DNA from: Candidatus Poribacteria bacterium
GTDB lineage: Bacteria; Poribacteria; WGA-4E; PCPOR2b
Assembly (NCBI GenBank): GCA_965198175.1
Contig: OZ240245.1
Location: 1 to 64,000 of the forward strand
DNA length: 64,000 nucleotides
Reading direction: 5' to 3'
Positions 49,328-59,402 of this stretch are shown here, piece after piece (the first letter of the stretch is position 1; every line of letters begins with the position of its first letter). The notes under the pieces were generated by a model. The model saw nothing but the letters and a program-made list of their open reading frames with translations. It had not been told where the DNA came from and ran no database searches. A program made the position numbers and the translations under genes.

Positions 49328-50890
49328 ATGGCGAAACTCAACGACGTAAACACAACCGATATTCGTGACGCCATATCTCTGGGCTGTCGAACCATGTGTA
49401 ACGTTTTCGATGCGGACGACAATGACATCCCCTTTTTCGGGTCGCTCGTGCGCCCTGACGCGAAGTTAAGCTTCGCTCCCTATGCGTCGGAATCCCATGT
49501 TCCAGGCCGCCACTTGAACGCACTGTTAAATGCTGAAGATGCTATCGGAATTGAACTAGACGAGGATTCTATCGAAAAGCATGCCAATGCCGCGTTCTTT
49601 TCTTATAGCGGGCCCATACCGCTGCCCTTGAACCGCGAGACAATCGACGGCGAACTAAAAAATTGTATTGCACACAACATTCGAGAAGGCTTTCATGCGC
49701 TCTACGCTCTTGCCAAGTACCGCAAATCCGAGCGGGCTTGCCGCTTAGCTGAAGACTCCATCGCTGCCATCTTCGAACACTGGGACCCATCGCGCGGCTG
49801 GGATCGGGAACACATAGAAGAAATGGGGTTGAGAGCGCCGGGCGATGCATTCGTTACGGGCTTGGCGCGTGCCATTGGTCCGCTGGTGAAGTATTACGAA
49901 GCCACAGGGTATGGTCCCGCCTTGGATTTAGCAATTGTTCTCAAGGAGAAAACCATAAACGAAGTCTTCACCGAAGAGGGGGGATACGCCCCGGAGATTT
50001 TTGCCACGCATACGCATTCGACAACCTGCACCATGTCATCTCTTGCTCAACTCGCGGACCTAACAAGTGATTCAACACTCATGAATCGGGTGAAAACTTT
50101 TTACGACAACGGTCTATGGGACATTCGCGATGCTCTTGGGTGGGTCATTGAGTCTAGCCGCGAGGATGCATCTCCGGATAACGGCGAAGTGAATAACACC
50201 GGGGACATCGTCGAAACAGCGTTGATTCTAGGCAGTTGGGGTTACACCGATTATTACGAGGACACCGAGCGAATTTTGCGCGGACATCTGCTGCCTTCTC
50301 AACTGCGTGACATCTCCTTTATCCAAGAGCCGCCCAACCCAGAAGGGGAAGATGGCAAGCGCGATGTTGCCAACAGACATCTGGGGGCATTCGGCTTCCC
50401 AGCACCTTATGGTCACCAGGCAATTGAAACTTCCCACGTGAGTTTCAACATGGACATCGTCGGCGGTGCAGTGGGTTCGTTGTGTGAGGCATATCGGGAG
50501 ATCACACGGTTCGATGCCGCAGGACATTGGGTCAACCTTCTTTTTGATCACGAAACCGATGCAATCAAGGTTCAATCCCCTTATACGGGACCGGGATTAC
50601 GGGTTCGGACAAAACACCCGGCCCCCTTATTTGTCCGTATTCCGTCTTGGGTTGATCCAGCGAGTATAACGGTAGAGGGGACATCTGAATCGCCGCGGCA
50701 TACTAACGGCTATCTTTTTATCGGCGAGCCTCCAGTGAATCGGGGGTTATCCTTTAATTTCCCCATCCCCGAGCAGGAAATCCAACTCAAACATCGCACA
50801 AGGGAGATTCGCACTCGGCTCCGGGGCGATGCGGTAGTTGCAATGCAGAACTTCGGCGCGGATTTAACGTTCTTCGATCCTCTCGATTAA
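49328..50890 (+). CDS. Hypothetical protein, possibly glycoside hydrolase family 127-like alpha/alpha barrel
   Basis: 520 aa with AAGGAG RBS; 'YYEDTERILRGHLLPSQ', 'WVNLLF' and 'LFVRIPSW' resemble GH127-like proteins. Confidence 0.6.
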   Translation: MAKLNDVNTTDIRDAISLGCRTMCNVFDADDNDIPFFGSLVRPDAKLSFAPYASESHVPGRHLNALLNAEDAIGIELDEDSIEKHANAAFFSYSGPIPLPLNRETIDGELKNCIAHNIREGFHALYALAKYRKSERACRLAEDSIAAIFEHWDPSRGWDREHIEEMGLRAPGDAFVTGLARAIGPLVKYYEATGYGPALDLAIVLKEKTINEVFTEEGGYAPEIFATHTHSTTCTMSSLAQLADLTSDSTLMNRVKTFYDNGLWDIRDALGWVIESSREDASPDNGEVNNTGDIVETALILGSWGYTDYYEDTERILRGHLLPSQLRDISFIQEPPNPEGEDGKRDVANRHLGAFGFPAPYGHQAIETSHVSFNMDIVGGAVGSLCEAYREITRFDAAGHWVNLLFDHETDAIKVQSPYTGPGLRVRTKHPAPLFVRIPSWVDPASITVEGTSESPRHTNGYLFIGEPPVNRGLSFNFPIPEQEIQLKHRTREIRTRLRGDAVVAMQNFGADLTFFDPLD

Positions 50891-51060
50891 CATGTCGCAC
50901 AAATATCATCTCTACGCGGTGTTACTGCACTCAGCGCGTTGAGTATGGAAATCCGAATAAATGTCTCAAGATTAAGCCAAGCTTGGGGCTTAGCGGAAAT
51001 TGTAGCGAGTCGTTTTTTTCCAAGCATGCCCAAATCTCACAAATTGGCTATAAATAAGCA

Positions 51061-52269
51061 CTATTCAGACTTGTGAAACGAATGGCTAACCTCCGACTGC
51101 TTCCGCAGTCGTCCTATGTCTTCCCAATACCCGGTTTCCCACGAGTGTTGAATCGCAGATTGCACCTGTGCCACTGCTAAAGCCTCTGCAAAGCCGGGCA
51201 CAGCTTGCTGACCATCTAGGATAGATTTCAAGAATTGGTAAGCTTCAATGACCTTGAGCTCTTCATAGCCTAAGCCAATACCCGGACCGGGATTAAATCG
51301 GGCATGGAAGGGATGCTCTGGCCCGCTCACGATGCGGACATAGCCTTCATGGGTTTTGTTCTCATCTGGAAGATAGAGGTGGAGTTCATTCATCCGCTCA
51401 AAGTCCCAGTTCAGCGCGCCGCGTGTTCCATTCACCTCGAACGCCATAGGAGATTTCATGCCGCTTATGATCCGGCATGCCTCTAGTGTGCCATGTGCCC
51501 CATTGTCAAATTGGACCAGTGCTCCCGCATAGTCTTCGTTAGTGACATCGCCCATCGGTCCTTCTGTGCGAGTTGTCGTATGTGTACCTTCGCCGGACAT
51601 GGGGACCGGGCGTTGGGAGATAAACGTCTCACGATTGCCAATCACACGCTTAATGGGGCCGGCAATCATATGCGCCAAATCAATCACATGCGACAGCAAA
51701 TCTCCCAAGGTTCCTAGCCCAGCAAGTTCTCGCTGAAACCGCCACGTCAGTACCGTTTTAGGATTACTAGCCCAACCCGTAAAGAATTTGCCCCGGTAGT
51801 GGGTTAGCTTACCCAGACGCCCCGCCTGGATCAGGTGGTGCGCGTACTGTACAAGCGGCGCCCACCTGTAATTGTAACCCACAAAAGTTAAAACGCCCGC
51901 TCGGCGTGCTGCCCGGGCAATTTCATCCGTTTCCTGTGGGTTTCGACCGACAGGTTTCTCGCAGAAGATGTGTTTCCCTGCTTCGGCTGCTGCCCGGGCA
52001 ATTTCAAGATGCACGTTGTTCGATGCAGCAATATTCACCACCTCAACAGCCGGATCAGCAATTACTTGCTTCCAATCCGCGGTGTACCTCTCAAAACCGA
52101 ACCGCGTTTTCGCTTGGCTTGCACGACTTTCCGCCTCATCTGCGCAAATTACCAGGCGGGGTTGGATGCCACTGTCATGAAAACGATGCGGAATTTCTCG
52201 GTAGGATCGACTGTGTGTCATCCCCATCCAACCCAACCCGATTACGCCGATGCCAATCGTACGCGTCAT
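51061..52269 (-). CDS. Gfo/Idh/MocA-family oxidoreductase
   Basis: 'GVIGLGWMG', 'HIFCEKP', 'GYNYR', '[12 protein letters not shown]'. Confidence 0.93.
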   Translation of the reverse strand: MTRTIGIGVIGLGWMGMTHSRSYREIPHRFHDSGIQPRLVICADEAESRASQAKTRFGFERYTADWKQVIADPAVEVVNIAASNNVHLEIARAAAEAGKHIFCEKPVGRNPQETDEIARAARRAGVLTFVGYNYRWAPLVQYAHHLIQAGRLGKLTHYRGKFFTGWASNPKTVLTWRFQRELAGLGTLGDLLSHVIDLAHMIAGPIKRVIGNRETFISQRPVPMSGEGTHTTTRTEGPMGDVTNEDYAGALVQFDNGAHGTLEACRIISGMKSPMAFEVNGTRGALNWDFERMNELHLYLPDENKTHEGYVRIVSGPEHPFHARFNPGPGIGLGYEELKVIEAYQFLKSILDGQQAVPGFAEALAVAQVQSAIQHSWETGYWEDIGRLRKQSEVSHSFHKSE

Positions 52270-52385
52270 AGTTCCTCTCCTTCGCTACCAAAACTTGGCG
52301 AATCCGGTTGAAGTGATAAATACAGGTCGGCGTAATGGATTACCCCTCAACCTCTCCCTGAGCAGAACAGAGCTTGTACGTCCAA

Positions 52386-53657
52386 CTAACCTGCAATCAA
52401 TCGGCGGATGCGATCGTCGAGCGCTTTTTGGTCGGTGGCAAACGAGGCTAGTCCACCGAGGTTTAAGAGCGTGTCGATCGCTAGTTCTCCTGATTTGACG
52501 CGATCTGCCCAGATTTTGTGATTCGGTATTTTTCCGTCGGATGCGATTTGGTCGAGATCTGTTTCAGAAAGCCTGGGGAACAGATCGCCGGCCCCAACAT
52601 CATGTGCTTGCATCACCAACTCCTCCGCCGTCCGAGGGACATCGGTTGTGAGGCTGTCAACGAACCGACGCTCGGACTCCGAAACTTCCCAGAACGTATG
52701 TATACGGAGATCCGATGCACTGACCTCGTCGTTGAGATGTATCGAATAATCGTTTTCACCACTGTGTTCCCACTCTCCAGAGAGTTCATTCTTGGCAGCA
52801 GATGCAACCTTTACAGGCATGGTGATAACGTCAATTCCTGCCAAATCCGCAAGCTGTGCAGCTCCTCTCAAGCTCGCGGCGATTTGCTGAGTCGGTTCGC
52901 GAGTCCCCTGACTAAGGTTTTTGACGGCTCGCTGGCTCGCAAGGGAAGACTTTTCACCGACCAACTTGCCGTCCCCCAATTGATTATCAACCATGTAAGC
53001 ATTAAGCCGACCGAGGAAGACGTTAACGAACGAAGGCGCACTAAATGCCGTTGCTATGTAATTATGTCGTGCGCTGAATCCCAAAGTGAAATTAACTGGT
53101 ACTCCTGATTCTCGCAAGCGTCGCGTGGCAATTAGGCCCGCCGGCGTCAGCGGTATTTTTATGATAAAGGACTCGGGGCAAATGTTGTAATACCGGTAAC
53201 CATAGGATACGCTTCTCTCAATGTCATGTGCCAGATCCGTATGTAGTTCTACGCTTACCCTGCCGCCAAATCGCTGAGCTAGACGAAGTCCATGATGGGC
53301 ATTTAGGACAAACGCAATCTCGATAATCCGGGTCTGCATATCCAACCCAGAAAGCGCATCGGCAGCTTTCTGAATCAGATCATCGTAGATGCCTTTTTGC
53401 ACTTCGGCGTTAAGCAAGGTATTGTTCGTCGTTAGGGCGGTGAATTCATCAGTCCATAGCGGCGTTGCTCCGTCGATGTCACCTGTGTCGAGCCACAGCT
53501 CGGTACCAAGGTCACACAATGCTTTCCAGAATGGATCGGATTCGGTGTCAAGACGCTCGGCATGTAAATCAACACCTTCTTTTACAAAATCGTGGATAGG
53601 GTCAACGATATTTACAGCAGGTTGCACTGGCTGCGTTAGTATGTTCTCGCTAGACAT
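52386..53657 (-). CDS. Transaldolase-family protein with extended termini
   Basis: 'LWLDT', 'TTNN', 'VSVE', Schiff-base 'IIKIP', 'VNFTLGFS', 'FLGR', 'AASLR'. Confidence 0.85.
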   Translation of the reverse strand: MSSENILTQPVQPAVNIVDPIHDFVKEGVDLHAERLDTESDPFWKALCDLGTELWLDTGDIDGATPLWTDEFTALTTNNTLLNAEVQKGIYDDLIQKAADALSGLDMQTRIIEIAFVLNAHHGLRLAQRFGGRVSVELHTDLAHDIERSVSYGYRYYNICPESFIIKIPLTPAGLIATRRLRESGVPVNFTLGFSARHNYIATAFSAPSFVNVFLGRLNAYMVDNQLGDGKLVGEKSSLASQRAVKNLSQGTREPTQQIAASLRGAAQLADLAGIDVITMPVKVASAAKNELSGEWEHSGENDYSIHLNDEVSASDLRIHTFWEVSESERRFVDSLTTDVPRTAEELVMQAHDVGAGDLFPRLSETDLDQIASDGKIPNHKIWADRVKSGELAIDTLLNLGGLASFATDQKALDDRIRRLIAG

Positions 53658-54021
53658 GATCACTCCTTCCAAAATAGACTGTACCAGATGTAGCCAAAAG
53701 GGAAGCCGAGAGAAGCTCTCCGTACTCCCATAATCCGCCGGTTGGAAAGATTTCGTAGAGATGAACCCTGTTTCGAGATGGTTGGGGCTGAGACGATAGG
53801 TCCAGAACGATAAATTATACCATTTCTGATAGAAAACTTCCCATAAAATCGGTATAATATCCCGCTTCGTCCCTCATATGTGAGACTATGGCAGATAAAG
53901 GAAAGTGGCGAGCAAAAGGACTTCTTACTTTCCACTTGCGTCGTGAAAAGCATGTGGTGTCTAAGGGAAGCCTACGCGTTAAGTAATAATCAGCACTCCA
54001 TCAGCTACCAATCCTCAGTTC

Positions 54022-55137
54022 TCAAGAAGATTTCGCCGCACTCGTATCTTGGCTATCCATGCTTGGTTGAGATTTAAGCGTACCGGAATCGTCGCTGCCA
54101 CGTATCACCACCGCGGTCTCAACGGCTCTAAGCTGCACTTGATCGTCGACCTTAAACGGGCAGCGGTGGTCAGTCTGCACAAAGTAACTGTGTTCTCCGA
54201 TTTGTACCCGGTATGTCAAATCATGCCCCTTAAACTCGCGCATCACGATTTTACCTCGGAGGCCAGTCGGGTGCACCTCATTGGAATGCTCAATAGCAAG
54301 ATGCTCAGGGCGAATCGAAAGCAACACCTTCCCCACCGCATGGCAATCGAGTGGAAGTCTGCCCAGCGGAGTGTCAGCACAATCACCCTTGGCTTCGCCC
54401 GCAATTAGGTTTGTCTTACCAAGAAACTCCGCCACGAATGGCGTTTGTGGACGGTGATAGATTGATTCGGGTGTCCCGATTTGTTCAATCCGTCCGTTCT
54501 GCATTACAGCGATCCGGTTGGCTAAGCAGAGAGCTTCCTCTTGGTCATGTGTGACCAACACCGCGCTCATCCCGGTTTTTTTCAACAGACCCCGCACCTC
54601 TTCACGGGTTGTATGACGTAACTCAGCATCAAGGTTAGAAAATGGCTCGTCTAACAGGATTAGCTCGGGACCTGGAGCAATTGAACGAGCCAATGCGACC
54701 CGTTGTTGCTCTCCCCCAGAAAGCTCATGAGGCTTCCGATCTTTGATTGAAATTAGGTCGACCAACTCCATCACCTCTAGAGATCGCTGACGAAGCGATT
54801 TAGCGGGCAGTTTCCTGAGTCCAAATCCGACATTGTCCATGACGTTGAGATGCGGGAAAAGGGCGTAGTCCTGTAAGACAAATCCGATTCCCCGTGTTTT
54901 CGGTGACAGGTGTACTTTGGGGCTGTCAAGAACCCGATCTTCCAGATGAATCTCTCCTGCATCAGGGCGCTCAAAGCCGGCAATCATTCGCAAGGTCGTT
55001 GTCTTCCCACAGCCACTCGGTCCTAAAAGCGCGAAGATTTCGCTGGGGTAAACATCAAAGCTCACCCGCACTACTACAGGGCCAAGGTGAGGAGCAAGTT
55101 GCTTGGTAAGATTGCGCACACTAAGCAAGGGCTTCAT
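54022..55137 (-). CDS. Fe3+ ABC transporter ATP-binding protein
   Basis: GPSGCGKT, LSGGEQQR, LLDEPF, C-terminal TOBE domain. Confidence 0.93.
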   Translation of the reverse strand: MKPLLSVRNLTKQLAPHLGPVVVRVSFDVYPSEIFALLGPSGCGKTTTLRMIAGFERPDAGEIHLEDRVLDSPKVHLSPKTRGIGFVLQDYALFPHLNVMDNVGFGLRKLPAKSLRQRSLEVMELVDLISIKDRKPHELSGGEQQRVALARSIAPGPELILLDEPFSNLDAELRHTTREEVRGLLKKTGMSAVLVTHDQEEALCLANRIAVMQNGRIEQIGTPESIYHRPQTPFVAEFLGKTNLIAGEAKGDCADTPLGRLPLDCHAVGKVLLSIRPEHLAIEHSNEVHPTGLRGKIVMREFKGHDLTYRVQIGEHSYFVQTDHRCPFKVDDQVQLRAVETAVVIRGSDDSGTLKSQPSMDSQDTSAAKSS

Positions 55138-56698
55138 GGTGAATCCTTTCCTGGCTGAGTAGAAGTCCCACAAACAGTGCCGAGATAAGCAGAATGACGA
55201 GCGCGTACGGTGCAGCTTTGGCAAATTCAGCTTCTGTTGTATAACTCCAGACGTTTACTGCCAACGTCTCGTATCCCGCAGGAGAAAGCAAGACTGTGAG
55301 GGGAAGTTCTTTCATGGCAGAGAGAAAAACCAAGGCGGTACTCGCTGTAAGTCCGCCGCGCAAAAGCGGAAAAGTTGCCTTGAAAAACGCCTTGAGAGGG
55401 GCATAGCCAAGAGACTGAGCTGCCTCCTCCAGGCGAGGCGGCGCTTGATAGAGCGCGCTGCGGACGGGACCGATTGCTTCAGCGAGGAAGTGCAATGTGT
55501 AAGCAAAGATCAAGACCCAAAGTGTTTGATAAATCCCGGGTATCCGTAGTGTGAAAAAGATGAGCGCAAGTGCGAATGCCACAGGTGGCGTAGCGTAACC
55601 GATATATGCCACACGTTCTAAGAACCGGGAGAGGAAGGTGAGGTAACGCACGCCCAAATAGGCAAGCGGCACGGCGAAGCAGGTGGAGAGAAGCGCGGCA
55701 GGTGTTGAAGCAAAGACCGATCCAGAGAGTGCTTCACGCAAGGATTGAAAATTTGAAGGTACGTTTTCCTTCAACATCCAGAAACAGATTGTTACAGTGG
55801 GAACAATCACACTAGCAAACGCTAAAACGCCGAGGAAAATGTAGGCAGGTGTCTGCCAAGGGCCAAGGGGGATAAGTGATACTTTACGAGGTGGACCACT
55901 TCCGGTGCGGTGAAGCTTAGTTCCACACAACAGTTTAGCTTCAGTGTAGATGAAAACGCCGGCGAGCAGGAGAAGCATCAATGCGAGCCAGGCCGCGTAG
56001 GTGCGATCGAAGGATTGGGTCTGCGAGTAAAGCGCGTAACTAAAGGTTTCGTAGCGCATCAATGAAACCACACCAAAATCGCCGAGAACGTGTAGTCCGA
56101 CGATGAGCCCGCCAGCGTAAAAGGTTGGGCGAAGCTGTGGCATAACCACATATCGGGAAACGTCCCATGTCCGGTAACCGAGACTGCGAGCAGATTCTTC
56201 GAGCGCCGCATCAAGCCCTAACAGCGCTGAACGTATATTCATAAAGAGATAAGGAAACGTGTAGAAACTGAGCGCGATGAGCGCACCCCAGTAGCCACTT
56301 AGACGGGGCAACCTGAGCCCAAAGAGACTCGCAACAATTCCATCGGGACCGCTCAGTCCCAACAAAGTATACGCCATTACGTAACCCGGAATCGCCAGTG
56401 GCAAAACGCCCAACAAGGTAAAAATCCGTTTGCCTTTGAGTTCTGTACGGGTGGTGAGCCACGCAAGAGGGGTTGCCAATAGCCCGCCGACAGCGAGGAC
56501 ACCAGCGGCAAGGAGAAATGTATTCACAAAGAGGTACAGATTTCTCGCGCGGAAGACAATTTGCATGAGATCCGCTGTTTCCGCTTGGAAGGCTCGGACG
56601 AGTAAGTAAGCCAATGGCAAGAGTACTCCTGTTCCGACCACAATCGCAGGAACAGTGAAGTACCATGGTGAGAGTTGCCGCGCGAGAAGAGTTCTCAT
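55121..56698 (-). CDS. Fe3+ ABC transporter permease (FbpB/FutB type)
   Basis: Two fused permease halves with EAA motifs 'LEESARSLG' and 'LEEAAQSLG'. Confidence 0.93.
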   Translation of the reverse strand: MRTLLARQLSPWYFTVPAIVVGTGVLLPLAYLLVRAFQAETADLMQIVFRARNLYLFVNTFLLAAGVLAVGGLLATPLAWLTTRTELKGKRIFTLLGVLPLAIPGYVMAYTLLGLSGPDGIVASLFGLRLPRLSGYWGALIALSFYTFPYLFMNIRSALLGLDAALEESARSLGYRTWDVSRYVVMPQLRPTFYAGGLIVGLHVLGDFGVVSLMRYETFSYALYSQTQSFDRTYAAWLALMLLLLAGVFIYTEAKLLCGTKLHRTGSGPPRKVSLIPLGPWQTPAYIFLGVLAFASVIVPTVTICFWMLKENVPSNFQSLREALSGSVFASTPAALLSTCFAVPLAYLGVRYLTFLSRFLERVAYIGYATPPVAFALALIFFTLRIPGIYQTLWVLIFAYTLHFLAEAIGPVRSALYQAPPRLEEAAQSLGYAPLKAFFKATFPLLRGGLTASTALVFLSAMKELPLTVLLSPAGYETLAVNVWSYTTEAEFAKAAPYALVILLISALFVGLLLSQERIHHEALA

Positions 56699-57693
56699 AG
56701 AAGACCGACCTTCCTCAGTAGTTTCAGCGTACCATCCAGATCGTCCAAATCCTCTAGGTTAAGGGCTGGCATCTGCTTTAAAAGGTTATCCAGCGATAAC
56801 AGTTTTGCGTTGGGAATTACCTTATCCGTGACTGGGTACTCGAAGACCTCGCTGGTAAAGAACTGCTGGGCTTTGACGGATAGCAAAAATTTGATGAACG
56901 CCAACGCGTCTTCAGACCGCTTGCTACTCTTCAGGAGAGCTATGCCAGCTACGTTGACCAGATTTCCTAGGTCGCCGGCTTTGAAGAAAGTCTGCTCGAC
57001 AGGGAACTTCGCATTGCCCTTTTTGAAGCGCAGGAGATAGTAGTGGTTTGGCAATCCCATATCAATTTCACCGGCGGCAATCGCCTGGATGATTGGGGTG
57101 TTTTTTGCATAGCTTTTCGTTTTGTTTGCCTTCATACCTCGAAGCCAACCCTCGGTTTTCTCCTCGCCTTCTAGAACTCGCATTGCGGTTACGAATGCTT
57201 GGAATGATGCATTCTGTGGCGCCCAACCGATTCGTCCCTTCCACATGGGCTGGGTGAGATCGAAGATACTATTGGGTAACGCTTCCGGGTTGACACGCTC
57301 AGGCGAGTACGCAAGTACGCGCGCCCGACCGCTGGTGGCGACCCAAGTTCCGTCTACGTTTCGAAAACGCTCCGGCGCTTCAGATAAAATCGAATCGGTC
57401 AATCGGCTAAAGAGTTTTTGCTTGCTCAACGCGCCGAGCGCACCGGCGTCCTGCGCCCAGAACAGATCCGACGGGCTTTTCGCGCCCTCTTCCAGTAAAG
57501 CAACCGCCAACTGCGCAGTGTCGCCGTACCGCACTTTGACTTCGGTGCCGGTCTCCTTCTCAAACTGTTTGATGATTGGCTCAACCAGACTTTTACTTCT
57601 TCCAGAATAAATCACCAATTCCTTGGCATCTGTTGTTCCGTAAATTGCCGCGCTTAAGAGTAAACTTAGAACTGCAGCGGAACACCTCAACAT
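56695..57693 (-). CDS. Fe3+ ABC transporter substrate-binding protein (FbpA/FutA type)
   Basis: Signal peptide; 'VIYSGR', 'EGAKSPSD', tandem-Tyr iron ligands in 'NHYY'. Confidence 0.93.
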   Translation of the reverse strand: MLRCSAAVLSLLLSAAIYGTTDAKELVIYSGRSKSLVEPIIKQFEKETGTEVKVRYGDTAQLAVALLEEGAKSPSDLFWAQDAGALGALSKQKLFSRLTDSILSEAPERFRNVDGTWVATSGRARVLAYSPERVNPEALPNSIFDLTQPMWKGRIGWAPQNASFQAFVTAMRVLEGEEKTEGWLRGMKANKTKSYAKNTPIIQAIAAGEIDMGLPNHYYLLRFKKGNAKFPVEQTFFKAGDLGNLVNVAGIALLKSSKRSEDALAFIKFLLSVKAQQFFTSEVFEYPVTDKVIPNAKLLSLDNLLKQMPALNLEDLDDLDGTLKLLRKVGLL

Positions 57694-57754
57694 TATAATC
57701 TCCAATCAGTGTATTGTTGGATTCGAGGCGCCAAGGATTTTCTAGCTTCCCCGC

Positions 57755-57783
57755 TTGACATCTCGAGCCACGCCAACTATACT
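57755..57783 (+). promoter_or_regulatory. Sigma70 promoter of bfr
   Basis: TTGACA-17 nt-TATACT. Confidence 0.7.
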
Positions 57784-57852
57784 ACTATGTGTGCACCTAA
57801 ATTTGAAGGGTTCTGATAAAGGCTAACTCATCCAAGTGTAAAGGAGAAAACA

Positions 57853-58332
57853 ATGGACGGTCATCCCGAAATCATCGAAGTTCTCAACGAAGTTTTGACA
57901 TCCGAACTCACTGCAATCAATCAGTATTTTGCCCATTCCGAAATTTGTGAAAATTGGCAATACAACCATCTCCATCAAGCGATACGTGAGCATGCGATTG
58001 GAGAGATGAAGCATGCGGAAAAACTAATCGCGCGGATTCTGTACCTCAACGCCATGCCTAACATGACGCGTTATTTTGAGATTAAGATTGGCACGACCGT
58101 CGAGGAGATGATGGAAAACGACCTTGACCTTGAAAAAGAAGCTGTTGAACGGCTGAATGCCTTCATCGAACTCGCAATTACGCACAAGGACGCCGGTTCT
58201 CGAGAACTTCTAGAAGAGATTCTCAAAGATGAGGAAGACCACGTCGACTGGATTGAAGCCCAGTTAGACCAGATTAACCAGATGGGAATCCAAAACTACC
58301 TTGCGCAACAAATTGGCACCGAAGAAGCGTAA
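57853..58332 (+). CDS. bfr: Bacterioferritin
   Basis: 'ELTAINQYF.H', 'EMKHA', 'EEDHVDWIE.QL', 'G.QNYL'. Confidence 0.96.
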   Translation: MDGHPEIIEVLNEVLTSELTAINQYFAHSEICENWQYNHLHQAIREHAIGEMKHAEKLIARILYLNAMPNMTRYFEIKIGTTVEEMMENDLDLEKEAVERLNAFIELAITHKDAGSRELLEEILKDEEDHVDWIEAQLDQINQMGIQNYLAQQIGTEEA

Positions 58333-58547
58333 CCATGTGCCGTTATTACCTCAAACGTTAGCGAGGCGCTAACCTCGCGGTGACAGTAGAACCACTTTTG
58401 CCCGGGGTGCTTGGCGCTCCTGATTCAGAACCGTCTAATCGTGCGAAGGACAGGGTATAAATTAACCTCTATTATTTTCGAACCTTAAACCACCGGTTTG
58501 CTTTCCCACTGCGCTAGAAGCATCATTCTCTTGAACAGTTAGAAATC

Positions 58548-58568
58548 TGATATTGAGACTCAGTATCA
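58548..58568. promoter_or_regulatory. Fur-box-like inverted repeat
   Basis: TGATATTGAGACTCAGTATCA, a near-perfect palindrome resembling the Fur consensus, beside iron genes. Confidence 0.7.
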
Positions 58569-58585
58569 TTTGCTGACAACGTACA

Positions 58586-58615
58586 ATTATAGCATCTAGA
58601 ATAATTGCATGTCAA
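58586..58615 (-). promoter_or_regulatory. Consensus sigma70 promoter pointing antisense into bfr
   Basis: TTGACA-18 nt-TATAAT with extended -10 TG on the minus strand. Confidence 0.7.
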
Positions 58616-58713
58616 AGATTTTTGAAATTCTTCTGAATGTCTCAAGTATTCTACTTTAAATTATATATTGGGGTATTCGTTAAAGCAATCGCTCGACTTT
58701 TCCTGAATGTTAC

Positions 58714-59301
58714 TCAACGTTTTCCAACATTCTCGCCAAATTTAATATTGGACCTCTCTGCAGCAGTAACAACCTCACGCACGATTCTCATGGTTAAATC
58801 GGCTAGGTTCTGTGCAAACATTTGACTAGCGTTATTGGACTCTGCAACCTCACGATATCGGGTTCCACTGCGTAACGTTACCAACCGATGATTCGCAATA
58901 CCGAGCGCGCTTGAAACCAGTTCGATCGGCACAGTAAGCGTTTCCGTCGAAGGAGTTTCGCTTGTTGGCAGTTCAACTTCAGTAACGGCTTCGACTGACT
59001 GCACCGCCTCTGGCTCACCGTCAAGGGGATTACCCGCTAAAAATGCTTCTTGGCGAGACTCTATCGTTTCAAGAACCTGTTCGGCTGCCATCTGTTCCGC
59101 AAGTCGCTTTGAGCCGCGAATCGGCGTAGGCGTTATGTAACTGGATTGTCCATACGTAACGGTAACAATCCAGCTAGGCGTCTCCGGTTTTCCTTGCTGA
59201 ATAGACTCATACACCGGTTCTCTAAGGCTCCTCGCATGACAGAGTTGTTGAAGTATCCCTTTGTAATTCTGAATTTCGCTCTGAGTTGTTATCTCTGACA
59301 T
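58714..59301 (-). CDS. Stand-alone double-stranded RNA-binding domain protein
   Basis: 'NYKGILQQLC...PVY...G...P.W.VTV...GSKRLAEQMAAEQVL' is a dsRBD; no RNase III catalytic domain seen. Confidence 0.8.
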   Translation of the reverse strand: MSEITTQSEIQNYKGILQQLCHARSLREPVYESIQQGKPETPSWIVTVTYGQSSYITPTPIRGSKRLAEQMAAEQVLETIESRQEAFLAGNPLDGEPEAVQSVEAVTEVELPTSETPSTETLTVPIELVSSALGIANHRLVTLRSGTRYREVAESNNASQMFAQNLADLTMRIVREVVTAAERSNIKFGENVGKR

Positions 59302-59402
59302 TTAAATCTCCCAAATCATTCTGTAACGGCGAAAAAGGTGTCCTTCTATAGAGAGTGTCTCTTAATCTCCGTGGAATTGTGATAAGCGGGGTTTGCTACC
59401 AC

